From Takakia lepidozioides (taxonomy: Eukaryota > Plantae > Bryophyta), in assembly GCA_030704615.1 (NCBI GenBank), contig CM060731.1, forward strand, positions 92,194,001-92,258,000: a DNA stretch of 64,000 bases. The letters run 5' to 3'. A model generated the notes under the pieces. That model saw only the letters and a list, made by a program, of their open reading frames with translations, ran no database searches and was not told the DNA's origin. The position numbers were made by a program, and so were the translations under genes. Of the stretch, positions 51,418 through 64,000 are shown piece after piece (within the stretch, counting starts at the first letter, position 1; each line of letters begins with the position of its first letter).

Positions 51418-54400
51418 CACTACAACAGATTGCGGCTTTTATGACTTCCATGGCTGCGCAGTCATGACAGATTTGTGGCAGAAATACCATTTGAAGTCGT
51501 AGATGCCTTTTGAAGTCATAACGCAGGTCCGGGGAAGGCGTATATGCGATTGCATGACTCCGGACTCTGCGCAACACAGGTCAAACATATTTGACCACGA
51601 ATATTGGCATGACAGATATGACTACCAATCACGGTCATACCCACACTGGAATGACGTATACAAGTTGCTAGACGGACATATGACTTTATGACTCTCACTC
51701 TAATGCATTCTGCCATATCATCACATGGATGAATCACTACATGACTGCACGTGTCGACACATGCTTTTCTGGTTATATATATAATATATCAATATTTATA
51801 TTTTAAGAAAATGTCGGAGACTCTAACCACTAGAATGAATTTTTTTTTTTTAAATCAAAGTGCAAAAGATTTGAAAAAAGCACATCGGCTGGAGGTGCAC
51901 AGTGTGTCACCCCGGTGGTTCGGGGTTCAAACCCACTGCCCTACCCCGTGTGTGGGATTGTTCGTGACGATATGTTTGGGCGTTGATCGTCCTGTAGGTC
52001 TCATGGCCCAAATGAAAGGGGGTTAATTTTTCCCCCTCCTCTAGGGCCTGAGGCTTCCTTTAAAAATTTATTTAAAAAAGAAAAAGAAAATTGCTTGCAG
52101 GGTTTGCAAGAAGGTTTAAAAACTTAAAAAGTTGCCCATCACGGTAGCCGTGAAGAAGTTTGTCCATCCTGCAAATGTGGGCTGTTGGCTCCTGTTAGTA
52201 CCATGATTTGGTATTCTTCCTTATGTTTCAAGGTTCTTGGGAGAGTCAGCTTGGTCTTAGCAGGCCGTGTTTCAATCTCTGCCTGCTCATCTGCACCGTG
52301 CTGGTTCTCACAGACCAATCCGACATTACCTGACTATAAGACACAAGCAGCACACACAAGAGGTCCTTTTGGGTTGATGGTCGGTCAAATCCTCTATGGG
52401 TTCTTCTTCGACCTATTTCAGCCTGTTTTGCCCTCTCATCAGACTCGGCCTTGAGATGCATATTGAATGATGTAAGTTAGCTTGTTGCTCATTGATAAGT
52501 AGGGTTGGGGGTGTTTGCTGGAATGATTGTTGTATGCATGATTTTGTGCAGAGGCATAGATAGCTGAAGGAGCAGGGATAGAGTGTGGAAGAGGGCCAGA
52601 TTTCAAGCTCCAGATTATCTATGATTCCTTGTGGAAGGATAGATACAAGAAACCTGCATGGGTAGATGGTCAATTGAAAGCCGCAGCAGCAGCAGCACAA
52701 TTGATACAATCAAGCACTGCTAATGAAGGCACCTTCTGAAACACATTTCACCCTATTTTCCCCTCTTATCAGAATCGGCCCTAAATTTTCATGTTCAATT
52801 CTGCAAGTTAGCTGGTTGAGTGAATCTAGTTGGAGTGACTTTGACATAATACTGCCAATGTGACAAGAGTATGCATTGAACCCATTGGTAGCGGGATATT
52901 GGGATATCTCTTGGCCATGTGCCATCGTCAAAGCTGAAATTGTACTAGTTGTCATTCTGACCACTGCCCTAGTGGACATGTATGCCAAATGTGGGTGCAG
53001 CAAGCCTGATGCAAAGGGAGAGTTCGACAACATGGCTAAATGAGATGTGGTGAAAAAGGGTACAGAGGTCCACGGTGATATTGTCAAAGCTGGTATTGTA
53101 TCTGATGTGATTCTGAACGTTGCCGTAGTGGACATGTATGCCAAGGTTGCAGGGTGCAACTACAAGGATACATGGCTGTTTTGATAATATGGCTGAATGA
53201 GATGTGGTACCAGCCTAGCCCATAATTGCACTTAACTAGAGTAGGCAATGAGTGAAGACGGGGTTTGTGATGACATCGTCCAAGCTGGAATTAAACAAAT
53301 GTTGTTCTGAACTATGCCCTTGTGGACTTGTATGCCAAATTGGGGTGCATGGAGGATGATGATCCCAGGATATGCACAACAGCGGCGCGGGATGGAGGCC
53401 CTTTGGAGAGGTCTATGAGCAAGTGGTGTGGGAAGGGATACTGCAGCGCAACCACATCGCGTTTGTTACATTTGCAACATGTGTGCAAGCCTGGCAGCCC
53501 TGCAAAATAGCAAAGAGGTTCGTGGTAACATCGTCCAAGCTGGAATTGTACTAGATGTCGATCTGAACTTTGACATGATGCCCATGTGACAACAGGAAAG
53601 TATCCAGAAACAGGTCACAGAGACGAGGAGAAGTTGTGGAATGGTGGGACAACCGAGGGAAAAAGGTTAATGCCTGTTAGATTATAGAGGGCAGACGCAA
53701 TTCAGCTAGGAACTAGTGTGATAAGCTGAGTTGGGTGTTTCCTAGAACAAATCTAGGCTGTCATTATCAGCTGCAAGACAATGAAGTATGCATGATTTGT
53801 GCAGAAGCAGTGATAGCTGAAAGAGCAGGGATAGAGTATGGGTCCAGATTCATCCAAGAGGGCTAGATTTCAAGCACATGATTACCTATGATTACCTGTG
53901 GATTTAGCTATAAGAAACCTGCATGGGTAGATGGTGAACTGAAAGCGGCAGGAGTAGCGGCACAATTGATAAAATCAAGCACTGCTAATAAAGGCACCTT
54001 CTTCAACACATTTCACCCTGTTTTTCCATCTTATCAGAATCGGCCCTAAATTTCAATGTCTGCAAGTTAGCTGGTTGAGTGAATGTAGTTTGGAGTGACT
54101 TTGACATGATATTGTCAATGTGACAACAGGAAAGTATCGAAAAACAGTTAACGGATATGAGGGGAAGCTGTGGAATGAATACTTTTTTGACCCCAGTCAA
54201 TGGTGGGACAACCGAGGCAAAGAGGTAAATGCCTGTTGGATTACAGAGAGTAGCAGATGCAATTGAGAATATGAACTAGTGTGGTAAGTTGAGTTGGGGT
54301 GTTTGCTGGAACAAATGTAGGCTGTCATTGTCAACTGCTAACAGCAATGCAAGGATATATGCATGATCTGTGCAGAGGCATGGATAGCTGAAGGAGCAGG

Positions 54401-55174
54401 GATAGAGTGTGGGTCCAGATCATCCAAGAAAGCCGGATTTCAAGCTCCAGATTACCGATGATTCCCTGTGGAAGGATAGCTACAAGAAACCTGCATGGGT
54501 AGATGGTCATGGGTAGATGGTAGATAGTTTGGAGTGACTTTGACATGATACTGCCAAAGTGACAATAAAAAAGTATCCATAAACAGGTAACAGTAGCAGA
54601 CGCAATTCAGCATAGGCACTAAGGCAAACTCTCCTTCCCCGTAAGGGTGTGTTTTGGTATAATATTTTATCTAAGAATATAATTTCAAAAATTCGTTATT
54701 TAATAATGTGCCACTGTCCCATGTTGGTTAATACTAATAATTATTATATTATATTATATTATATTATAGTAATTATAATAACAATAAATTAAATCTCCCC
54801 CCACACAGCGACGCGTGTCAATTGACATGAGGAACCACGTGTCAAAATCACGATGCGACACATGCTGACGTCTGATTCCCTCCTCTGCAGTCAGATGGCG
54901 TCGCAGTCTGACACATGGCGTGTTCTGTAGAGAGCACGTGTCTCTCTTACACAGCGGCTGACATGGACCCATTCAGTCATTCAGTAAAGCCAGCGTGTAT
55001 GACTACCCATACAGCTGCTCAAGCGTCACGTCACAGCTAGGCTGGCGAGTCATATCTGCCATGCCACAACTGACTAGGGTTTTACGACTGCAGAGTCATG
55101 AAGTCGTAAATGGCTTTCGTAACTGCATTTGCAGTCATAACACAGAGTCGTAAAAGCCGCAATCTGCTGTAGTG
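51418..55174. mobile_element. Non-autonomous CACTA element with PPR gene fragments
   Basis: 29-bp TIR CACTACA(A/G)CAGATTGCGGCTTTTA(T/C)GACT and 3-bp TSD GCG (51415-51417, 55175-55177). It splits the integrase ORF. Confidence 0.95.
52915..53570 (+). pseudogene. Tandem degenerate PPR motifs inside the CACTA element
   Basis: Repeated IVKAEIV..ILTTALVDMYAKCG / VHGDIVKAGIVSDVILNVAVVDMYAK units. Confidence 0.75.
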
Positions 55175-57955
55175 GCGGTAGATATTATTGAAGAAGAGTC
55201 TTGCAGTTTCTTCGCCGGTAACCGTCTTATTTCATGGAATGAAATGTGTCATCTTTGTAAAACGATCTACAATAACAAGGATTGAATCGGTGGTCTTGGA
55301 AATTGGAAAGTCCGTAATAAAGTCCATAGACACGGACGACCATGGACCCTTGGGAATAGATAATGGTTGAAGAAGGCCGTAAGGTCGATGTCGTGGTCCC
55401 TTCGCTCTAGCACACATGTCGCAAAATTTTATAAATTCTTTCACGAGTTTCCACATCTGCGGCCACCAATAGTCCCTGGATATCAATTCCATTGTTTTGT
55501 TGAAGCCGAAATGTCCTACAGCCGGAAGATCATGACATGTTTGAAGAATTCGAAGTCGTGTGGGTCCTGGAGGTACATAGAGAAGTCTCTTGAAATAAAA
55601 TAAGTCATCTTTGAATTCGAAGTCGTTTGTAACATGTGGGTTGTCTCAATGTCGATTTAGTTGACTTCGTAGTGTCGTAGCAAATTAGTCACTCCTCAGT
55701 GCTTCCTGAATCTCCTTTATGATCTATGCATCATCATAGGTGGACATGGATAGCTTATTCAATTGGAGATTTGCTGATTTCAAGATGATGGATTTCTGTT
55801 GGTCGAAAGCTGCCTCCTTTTTTTTCGGCGCAAAATACGATCGTCGAGAAAGAGCATCGGGTTTCCCTTTGAAGATGTCCGGGGCAATAGGTAATAACAA
55901 AATCAAACCTTGCTAGTGACATACCCCATCTTGCTTGACGTCGATTCAAAACACGAGCACTCATAAAATATTCGAGGTTTTTGTGATCGGTGTAGACAGT
56001 GACCTGATGTTTAGCTCCCTCCAATAGATGACGTCACTCCTCAAAAGCATCGATGATCGCTATAAGTTCTTTGTCATGGATTTCATAATTAATTTCTGTA
56101 GCGGAAAATTTGCGAGAACGAAAAACAACAGGGTGAAGTCGGTCATCCGTACCGTATTGAGTATAGCGCCAAGTGCAAAGTCCGATGCATCTGCTTCCAA
56201 AAAGAATGGTTTGGATGGGTCTGTATATACCAGTATTGGAGCCGTTGTAAACGCCTGCTTCAGCCTTTCAAATGCACGGTCAGCCTTATCGTCCATACAA
56301 ATTTGTCATTCCCTATGAGTCGTATCAATGATGTAGCAATTTTGGAGTAGTCATTGATGAAGATTCTATAAAAATTTGTAAATCTCATAAAACATTGTAC
56401 ATCTCGGACCGAAGTTGGTTTAATCCACTCGATGATGGTTTATATTTTCTTCTGATCCATAAAGACGTATTTGTCGGAAATAATGTAGCCCAAAAATTCG
56501 ACCTCAGATTGATGGAAAGACATTTGTCCAACTTGGCATATAATCATCTTTTTCTTAATTTATCAAGGACAAGGCGTACATAGCGGCTATGTTCTTCTTC
56601 ATTTTGTGAAAATATCAAAATGTCGTCCAAATAGATGATGACAAAGTCATCTAAAAATTCTCGAAAAATGTCATTCATCATATGTTGGAAAATTGCTGGA
56701 GCATTTGTAAGACCGAAAGACATAACACTGTATTCAAAATGTCCATACCTTGTTTGAAAAGCTGTTTTCCATTTGTCTTCTTCTTTTATCCGTACAAGGT
56801 TATAAGCTCCTCTCAAGTCAATTTTGGTGAAAATCTCCGCTCGTCTCAGCTGGTCGAGAAGCCCAGAAATCAGCGACAACGGATAACGATTATTAATTGT
56901 GACTTTGTTGAGACCGCGATAGTCTACACAGATGCGTAATGATCCGTCTTTTTTTTTCACAAACAAGATAGGCGCCCCCGCAGGTGATTTTGAATGTTGG
57001 ATGAAGTTCTTCGACAAATTTTCATCAATGTACTCACGTAATGCAGCCAACTCCGTCTGGGATAAATTATAGATTGGGCCGAATGGTGGTTGGGCTCCTT
57101 CTTGTAACTCAATTGCACAGTCATAAGGTCGATGTTCTGGCAATATGTCTGCATTTTTCTTCTCGAAAACATATTTGAAATCTTGATATTGAGTGGATAA
57201 TGTTGAAGTACCTTTGTCTGTTGTGATCTTGATCAGAGTCGCATAAAGTGCAAATGCCGCATCATTTTTGGTAACTCTCATGAAAGCTCTAGCTCCAAGG
57301 AACAAGGGTGGGAGCTCCAGCTCTACTTGTCTCATCATTGAAGACTTCCAACTGATCACTTGCCTCTACTGTCATTTCGGCGTCAAGGGTACTTACTTCT
57401 GCACAGGCGAGCAGGGGAGGAAATGCGAAGACTCGTAGCAGGAGAAGCAATGCTGACGGATGAGGCCAGCGGACGAGAGCCTCCAAGGGTTGATGGAGAG
57501 GCGGCGGAAGGAGGCTGCAGATTGAGTTCCACTTTACTGAGGCAATCGCAAATTCCTGTAGAGACTTGATAACTGTATGATTGTCTCTCTTATACTGGAG
57601 CTGATGCAGATGGACCCAGGCCTTGGGTCTGCATGCTGAGCATGGTTCACTTTCTTTTTCCTGGCAGTGAAGTTGTCTGTGCCTTGTGGGGGTGGTGACG
57701 GGGCAATATGGTGCCTGTTGTCGCCGATCCCTGACCTGTAAATTGCACACTGAAGAAACACGAGCAGTAACAGGAAGGCGGAAACCATTGTAAGCCAACA
57801 ATAATCGCTAGCGAGAGATGCAAATTAGACCAAGTTGATGGAACTTCAAGCTGGTCTTGGCCTTGGATTCCATGCAAAGACGGCCACATTACAGCAGGCT
57901 GCCTGTCCATAAGCCATGAAGGTGCTGCGCAGTGCATCTGCTCTTGAAATCGCCC

Positions 57956-58211
57956 CAATTCCTGGTTTGTAGTCTCTAGGTCGAATAAGGCCTGGGCTAC
58001 AGCCTCTTCGAACTCATCAGGCTCGAGTCCCTTCTCCTTCTGAATCTTCCTGCGTGCTGTAAACATGGCTGCTGCCTTGCCGTCCTGAAAGCTCGAGGAG
58101 GCAGGCCCACGCGCAGAGAAAAGCAAATCGCCTCCAGGGTGTGATACCCCACCCAACTGAGGTCGAGTTTTGGAGTTAATGAGCTCTTGGTGCCTGGAGA
58201 AGCCTGGAGGG
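57956..58211 (-). pseudogene. RPS7: Captured 5' UTR plus first 37 codons of 40S ribosomal protein S7 (eS7), intronless
   Basis: ATG at 58066 reads [37 protein letters not shown], then similarity stops abruptly. Confidence 0.9.
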
Positions 58212-61200
58212 GAACGGCCTCGGGAACCCGTAGATAACCTGGGAACAGGTTGTAATGGCAAAAACGTTTTGGTGTTTTAAAAAAAAAAGGGCATTTTTGA
58301 TCTAATTTAAATGTTTAAAGAGCCTGGTTGGTCATATCTTTGTCAAATGAGCTCCGTTTGACTCAGTTTTTGAGGGGATAGCTGCAGAAAGGGGAAATCT
58401 ACCTATCTAGACCTGGTTTCTGTTTTTGGGACTCTGCTAAAAATCTATGGAATTTTTAGAGTGTGAGTGTGTCGTGAAAGATCCACAATTCTGTTTCTAG
58501 AACCAATTCTGGTCTATTTGAGAGACAAATCTGTGGATGTCCTCTTTGTATGGCTAGGGGAAATGAGGACGTAATTGAAGGGCAGGTCTCTTCTCTTAGC
58601 CTGTGCACACAAGGGGACATGATTTATGTTTCCCAAGGAACTCAGACTGATTTGAGTGGATAACAGTTGGACGAGTTGATTGCATACTGGGAGTCAGGCA
58701 TTAGCAGTAGACAACAGACTGATGTAGTTGGCGTTGAGGGCCTCAATATCGCTTTGGACAGTCAGAACTCTGTTGGAGCCAGCAGTTCTGCAGCTGTAAG
58801 TGAAATACCAAAGTGGGTGAAAGCTAGGCTTGGAACACAGCCAAAGACAGCCCCGGGGACCAAGGTGTTCAGCCACAAGGCTGTGGTGTACTGGAGCAGA
58901 GGAGCAGGAGCTACACAAGTTTGTGCAATCAGACAGCGTTGCAGCCGAACACGCTTTGCACAAGGCAACCACGAGCGGGGGTTCATTAGCGAGGACAAGT
59001 TTGTTCTGTTTGAAGGAGATGCAGTCATTCGCAATGAGGACACCCACAACCGTCTCAAAGCTTTCGAGTTGAGAGACTATCAGACCCTACCTTTGTTTTC
59101 TTTAGTGTTCAGTGAGCGGGAGATAGCAGAGTGTTGCTTTGTCTCTACCTGGCAGAAAGAGGAGGAGGGTTGGTTAGAGCGAGCTACTGTAGCTTGGGAC
59201 AAGGTTAGTGGCACGTTTCTGGACATAGATATACCTCCTACACCTTACCATCATGCAGAGCGAGGCACTTTGAGAGAAGTCTGGAAGTTGATAGCATAGA
59301 TCAGGATTAGATCTTGCTTGGGCGGGCTTCTATTCTTCCCCTCCATCTCTGTACTATTTTCATTACCTTGTACTTGTAGTTGCCAAAGCCTCTCTTGGTG
59401 GAGGCCAGTCAGTCCAGGGTTTTGGGCTGGGATATTCTGCAGGATCAGCATTGCAGCTGGATTTTGGTGTGGGGGTGTTGATGTTTTGATTTCTTGTGTT
59501 TGGATCCCCCCCAACACCTGCATGCTTGACTGTGCGCCAAGTTGGTTTTGTGTGGGCGCTTGCTTTCATAGGGATTAGGCCGGATTTGATCACCGGTCAA
59601 TCCTAGAGTATGCTGTCGGTGGTGAGGCTGGAGTGATGACCAGCAAGACCACCAGTGTTTCTTTTATGGTGAGGCTGGGTTGATGACCAGCCAACCATAG
59701 GAGTTCTTGCGGTGGATGTAGGTGCAGGTGCCCTGAGCCATTGGGATATGACCCTTAAACTGCAACAGGTGCCCACCCGTGTCACTATTAGAATTAGTAC
59801 TAGAGCCCTATAGTGTCACGTGGGGGAGGTGCACATTGTGAGTGTCACCACGGAGTTACCCAAGGGTTTTGAGGGGAGTACGGCTACAGGCAGTAACAGT
59901 GAGAGTGGGTTCACAAGACGAGGTATTCGGTTCAGACCACCTTCACCGCCACCCTCAACTAGTGCAGAGTCAGACACAGACTCGGAGGCTTCATCAACAG
60001 GTGTGCAGTTTCATTCGCCATTGTTGTGGGACGACATGGAGGAGATGTATGGAGCTACCAAGGGGCCTCGTAGGTACTCTGGAGCTGTGTGGGCACAATC
60101 GAGTTGGATGACTTTATCCAGGAGTTCGACAGCTGGTGTGATTTGCAGCAGATGCGCAATCCACAGCTATTCACCCCATTCATGGCGTGGAAGGGACTGT
60201 TCCAGCATTTGGAAGGCCCGCCTATGGACGATTACCACGAGTTCAGGCAAGGACATGAAGCAAAGATTGAGTGGAGGATGTATTGGTCACCTGACTACGT
60301 CTCCATTACTCGAGGCACGACGTGACCAGTAGCTGCATCAGTACCGATATCTCCCACTACCAGCACTAGTAGTGGAACAAGTAGTGCCGGTACTTCTGCA
60401 GGTGGTACCAGTTCAAAAGGTGCTACTACTCCTCCTGCCACGACTACAACACATGTGCCTAGATTCAACCCGGTGGTGGAGTTCTTCCAGGAGTTGCGGA
60501 GGAACTACCAAGGTGTACGGACAGAGAAGCTGCAAAGTTTGCAAGACTTCCAGCGCAAACCCAGTGAGAGCTTGCAAGAGGCCTACACTCGTATGAGGCG
60601 CTTGATAAGTGTGACCCAAGGGGTTACTGAAGCTCAGGCAATCCAGTTCTGGTATGGAATTTTGGACAAGGAGCTCAGGAGAAGGGTGCGGGATGCAACC
60701 CTGTTGCAAGCAGCCCAACCCACATTAGCAGATGTGTTTCTGCTGGCTGAGTGGATTGAGCTCAACATGGTGGAGGAGCGAGTTGTTACCATTGGGTTTG
60801 GGAAGGACATGCCTGCACGAGGTGCAGCTGCCAGCCCACAGGCACAAGGGACTGTCCAACAGCGTGGTCAGGGGGGCAAGGTTTCCCAACCCAAGTTCCA
60901 TGGAGCTTACAGGGGACCTCAGGTGCAGAGGCCCGTGGCATCTTTTGCAGGCCAACAGCAACCAGGGGTGATATGTTGGACATGTGGAGGACCCCATGTC
61001 AAGAGAGATTGCCCAGAGAGTGGCAAAAGGTCGGCACAAACACAGCCTGCACAGTTGCAGTGTGGGCATTGTGGCAAGTATGGGCATGGAGATGCCCAGT
61101 GTTATGACTTGCATCCTGAGTTGCGCCCAGGCCAGTTCCAAGGGAACAATGGTGGCCGGGGGCGAGGTGGACCAGCACAGAGAGGACGAGGTGGTCGGGC

Positions 61201-64000
61201 ACGAGGTGCAGGCCAAGGGCAAGCTCAACATGGCCACGGACGCGGAGGTCAGGGTGTTGACCAAGGCATGGCCAACCGGCTTCAGCAGCTACAGCAGAGG
61301 CTCGCTGCAATGGCTATAGCTCAGGCGGTACCGGCTCCCAGGCGGGATGGTCCACCTCCTGCTCCCGAGGGAGGAGATATGGGAGGCATGGGATTCATGT
61401 GCGGAGCAGCACTACCACTAGAGCAGGTGGAGTCTGCTGCAGCCGTGACTCGAGGAGCAGCACGAGTTCCTGAGCCACGAGGTGCAGAGGTGGAGTTGGA
61501 TCCACAACGTGGGGAGGCAAGCCGTCAGGCGAGGCTGCCTCAGTCATTCACCTTGGCGGAGACAGTATCAACGCCATCCATGGCACCTAGTCCTCGCCCG
61601 ACTGTTACCGAGGCGGAGGTTTCTATGCCATTGGGGAGAGCTACACGTGCAGCACTGACACCTGCTGCCAAGGCTAGTGCAGCCGGTGTGTTGTTGGGGG
61701 CAGCCACCTCTGTGTGTCAAGCCCCACTGTTCTCGGCAACCATGATTGCGACGCCGGGGGTAAGACCAGCTGCAGTGTTCAGACTAGCAGCAACACTCTG
61801 TGAGAGTGGGGAGGTCACTTCATCTTCTGCGGAGTTACTGGAAGGTGTAGTGGCAGAGGGATCCTCGGATTTGAGGGTCAAGACTGCCACGGCTGCGCCA
61901 TGGCAAGCTGCAGCTGCCAGGTTGACGGAGCTGCTAGCTAGGCCAGCCTTTGAGCGCGCCATGGTGACAACTGGAGTTGTCTTGTTAGACAACCAGGATG
62001 ACATTTTCTCTTTGAGTGGACCGGCAGGCAAGAAGTACCGGCCACTGCGGGTCTTGTTGGACTCGGGAGCTCAGCCACTGATGTTGGGCAGAGCTGCTAT
62101 TGCAGGTTTGGGCCTCATGGAGGGGGATATGGAGCCTTGTCCTTTCCAGATACAGACATCTCTGGGAGGATCAGAGCAGGCTCGGGGCATGACGCGGCAT
62201 CAGTTGGCCATTAGACTGCAGCCGGATCATCCTATCGATGGCTCAATCATGCGAGCCAAGGCCATTGTGACAGACGCGGTCTCTTACGATGTCCTCGTTG
62301 GTGGGGCAGTGTTATACCCCATGGGCTTCACCCTGGACTTTTGGGAGGAGTCAGCATTCTACAGGCCTGGATGGCAGTCAGGGGATGGTTGTCGTGCACA
62401 GCTCCCTGTGACATTCATTGGGGGTATTGCGGCTGCCCAACGGGGCAAGATGCCAACACTAGCCGCGCCTTTACAGCTGCAGTTAGTTGGCCTGGAGAGT
62501 TGCTAGAAGGCAATGCCCATGCAGAAGATGTGCCACCTCCAGCAGAGCAGGATGACATGCATGGTATGGCGGAGTTGCCTGCCATGGTTGCTCACACTCC
62601 ATTGTGGGGTACGAGCAAGGATTTGCAGCAGGTTGCTGATCGACGGGTGCAACAAGCCTGGGTAGAGGCTTTTGTACCGTCAAGAGAGGAGGAGAGTGCG
62701 GGTATTGCACCAGGACCAACTCAGTTGTCACCATTGGATACCACACCTATTGTGTGGCAGTATCCGGATGAAGGCATTTGCCTTCTGGACTTGTTTGGCG
62801 GGATCAGCACCAGATTGGCTGCTGTGCTACAGGCAGGTGTGCGGGTAAGGCGTTACCTGTATGTGGAGAGGGATGAGACTACACGACGCGTCTCACTGCG
62901 CCATGTTGCTCAGTTGGTACAGCAGTACCCTGCTTTGTTGCCAGTGTCTGCAGTTCGTGGATACCAACAAGCCTTGCCAGCAGACATTTCGATGCTGGGG
63001 GCGCCGGATTTGGAGCAGGTTGGCTCCATTGATCTGGTAGTGGCAGGTTGGCCCTGCCAAGGCATTCATCAGCCGGGCATGACAATGGATTGCGAGACTC
63101 GAGGACAGGTCTGTTTTGGGAGATGGTGCGGATTTTGCGCCACTTGCAGCTTCATCAAGCTGTATCACCAACATACATCTTGGAGAATGTGCCACTGATG
63201 GGCGATTCTCGGGCCAGGGTGATGGCCAGTGTGCATCAAGTCCAGTCGTGGCTTGGGTCAGCAGTGCTGCTGGATGCAGCTGCAGTGGGATCACGGGCTC
63301 ATCGTCCACGGCTATGGTGGATTAACTTGATGCCACCCGCACTGCTCAAGCGTGCATTTGATGGGGTGCCGCGGCCAACACACCTCATAGTGGACAGCAT
63401 TTTGGACACAGGGAGGCAGTCTCAACGTGTGAGACACGATGACCGTTCGCCTTTGGCAGTGGTCAACAGGGTGGGTCAACCACGAGCAGCATTACCTACA
63501 CTGCTCAGCTTCCCAGGATCCCATGCTTTTCGGGATGGTGGACCTGGCCTCCTGTAGGATGCTCAGATGCAACAGTTAGTGGAGCCTAATGCCGACGAGC
63601 GAGAGCGGGCTATGGGGTTTTCCACTGGGACCACGGCGGTGCCTTCTCTTTCTGAGGCATCACGTCGTCAGGTGTTGGGGCAAGCAATGGATCTCAATTG
63701 CTTGACCTGGATTATCAGCTTGGCTATGGCTGAGCAACGTAGAGTACGGAGTGCACTTCCCTTGACGGTCTCTCTGCCTACCAAGACGGTACAGGCAGCG
63801 AGTGGGGGCGAGCCGGTGAGGACCACGGGGTGTAGACATCCATGGCACACGTGGGAGGTACTCGAGGTTCAGAGGGAGTTGGCAGCCAAGGCAGTTGTGA
63901 TGGATGAGGTTGGGGATTCTTCTCGGGATGAGGAGGTTCTCAATGATGAGATGATGGGGCAGGATGAGGCCTTGTCATTGACTGAGCAGGAAGGGAGTAC
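58212..64000 (+). mobile_element. Copy 2 of the DNMT retrotransposon (runs off the window; left terminus not found)
   Basis: Collinear with 3698-9488. Contains the accessory ORF 58550-59299 (internal TAA at 58661), gag-PR ORF 60455-62506 and the DNMT. Confidence 0.95.
62770..63710 (+). pseudogene. DNMT3-like domain of copy 2 (catalytic PCQ intact; frameshift ~63061, stop 63555-63557)
   Basis: LLDLFGGIST, YLYVERDE, DLVVAGWPCQ (Cys codon 63055-63057), YILENV and RAHRPR. Confidence 0.93.

Larger units (their letters stand above)
49323..57315 (-). mobile_element. Tcn1-like Ty3/Gypsy chromovirus, 5'-truncated (no gag or 5' LTR), interrupted by a CACTA element
   Basis: RT ([25 protein letters not shown]) at 57315-56400; [13 protein letters not shown]; IN split at 51417/55175. 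Group I chromodomain EYEVDEVLDSR..YFVHWKGY..TWEP ends at 50509. PPT gaggagggggtga. Confidence 0.92.

Noticed and set aside
51885-52090. tRNA gene
   Set aside because: Only a B-box-like ggttcaaacc and an A-rich tail, with no cloverleaf. At most a SINE remnant.

Overview
Repeat-rich plant nuclear DNA. A bryophyte/moss source is inferred from the Tcn1- and Galadriel-like chromoviruses and the PLS-class PPR fragments. There are two apparent host genes: a long multi-exon gene with repeated (C/L)TFxP motifs (about 24.0-37.5 kb, +) and a peroxisomal acyl-activating enzyme (38104-39792, -). The rest is nested transposons. The main discovery is a Ty3/Gypsy-type retrotransposon family present twice (1296-13426, with both termini and a 4-bp TSD; 58212 to beyond 64000, partial). 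Its polyprotein reads Gag-protease-DNMT3-like cytosine methyltransferase-RT-RNaseH-integrase-PHD finger. The element also has: non-canonical ends (A1...PPT-B1-A2-B2, with no recognisable tRNA PBS); a TAG-CAA-CCA readthrough-like stop between the methyltransferase and RT; an extra 249-aa ORF upstream of gag; and a variable cargo slot holding different intronless host gene fragments in each copy (TPR protein plus kinesin-13, versus RPS7). Other elements are Galadriel- and Tcn1-like gypsies, CACTA elements carrying PPR fragments, MITEs, a Helitron, intronic LINE remnants and a perfect 43-bp hairpin.
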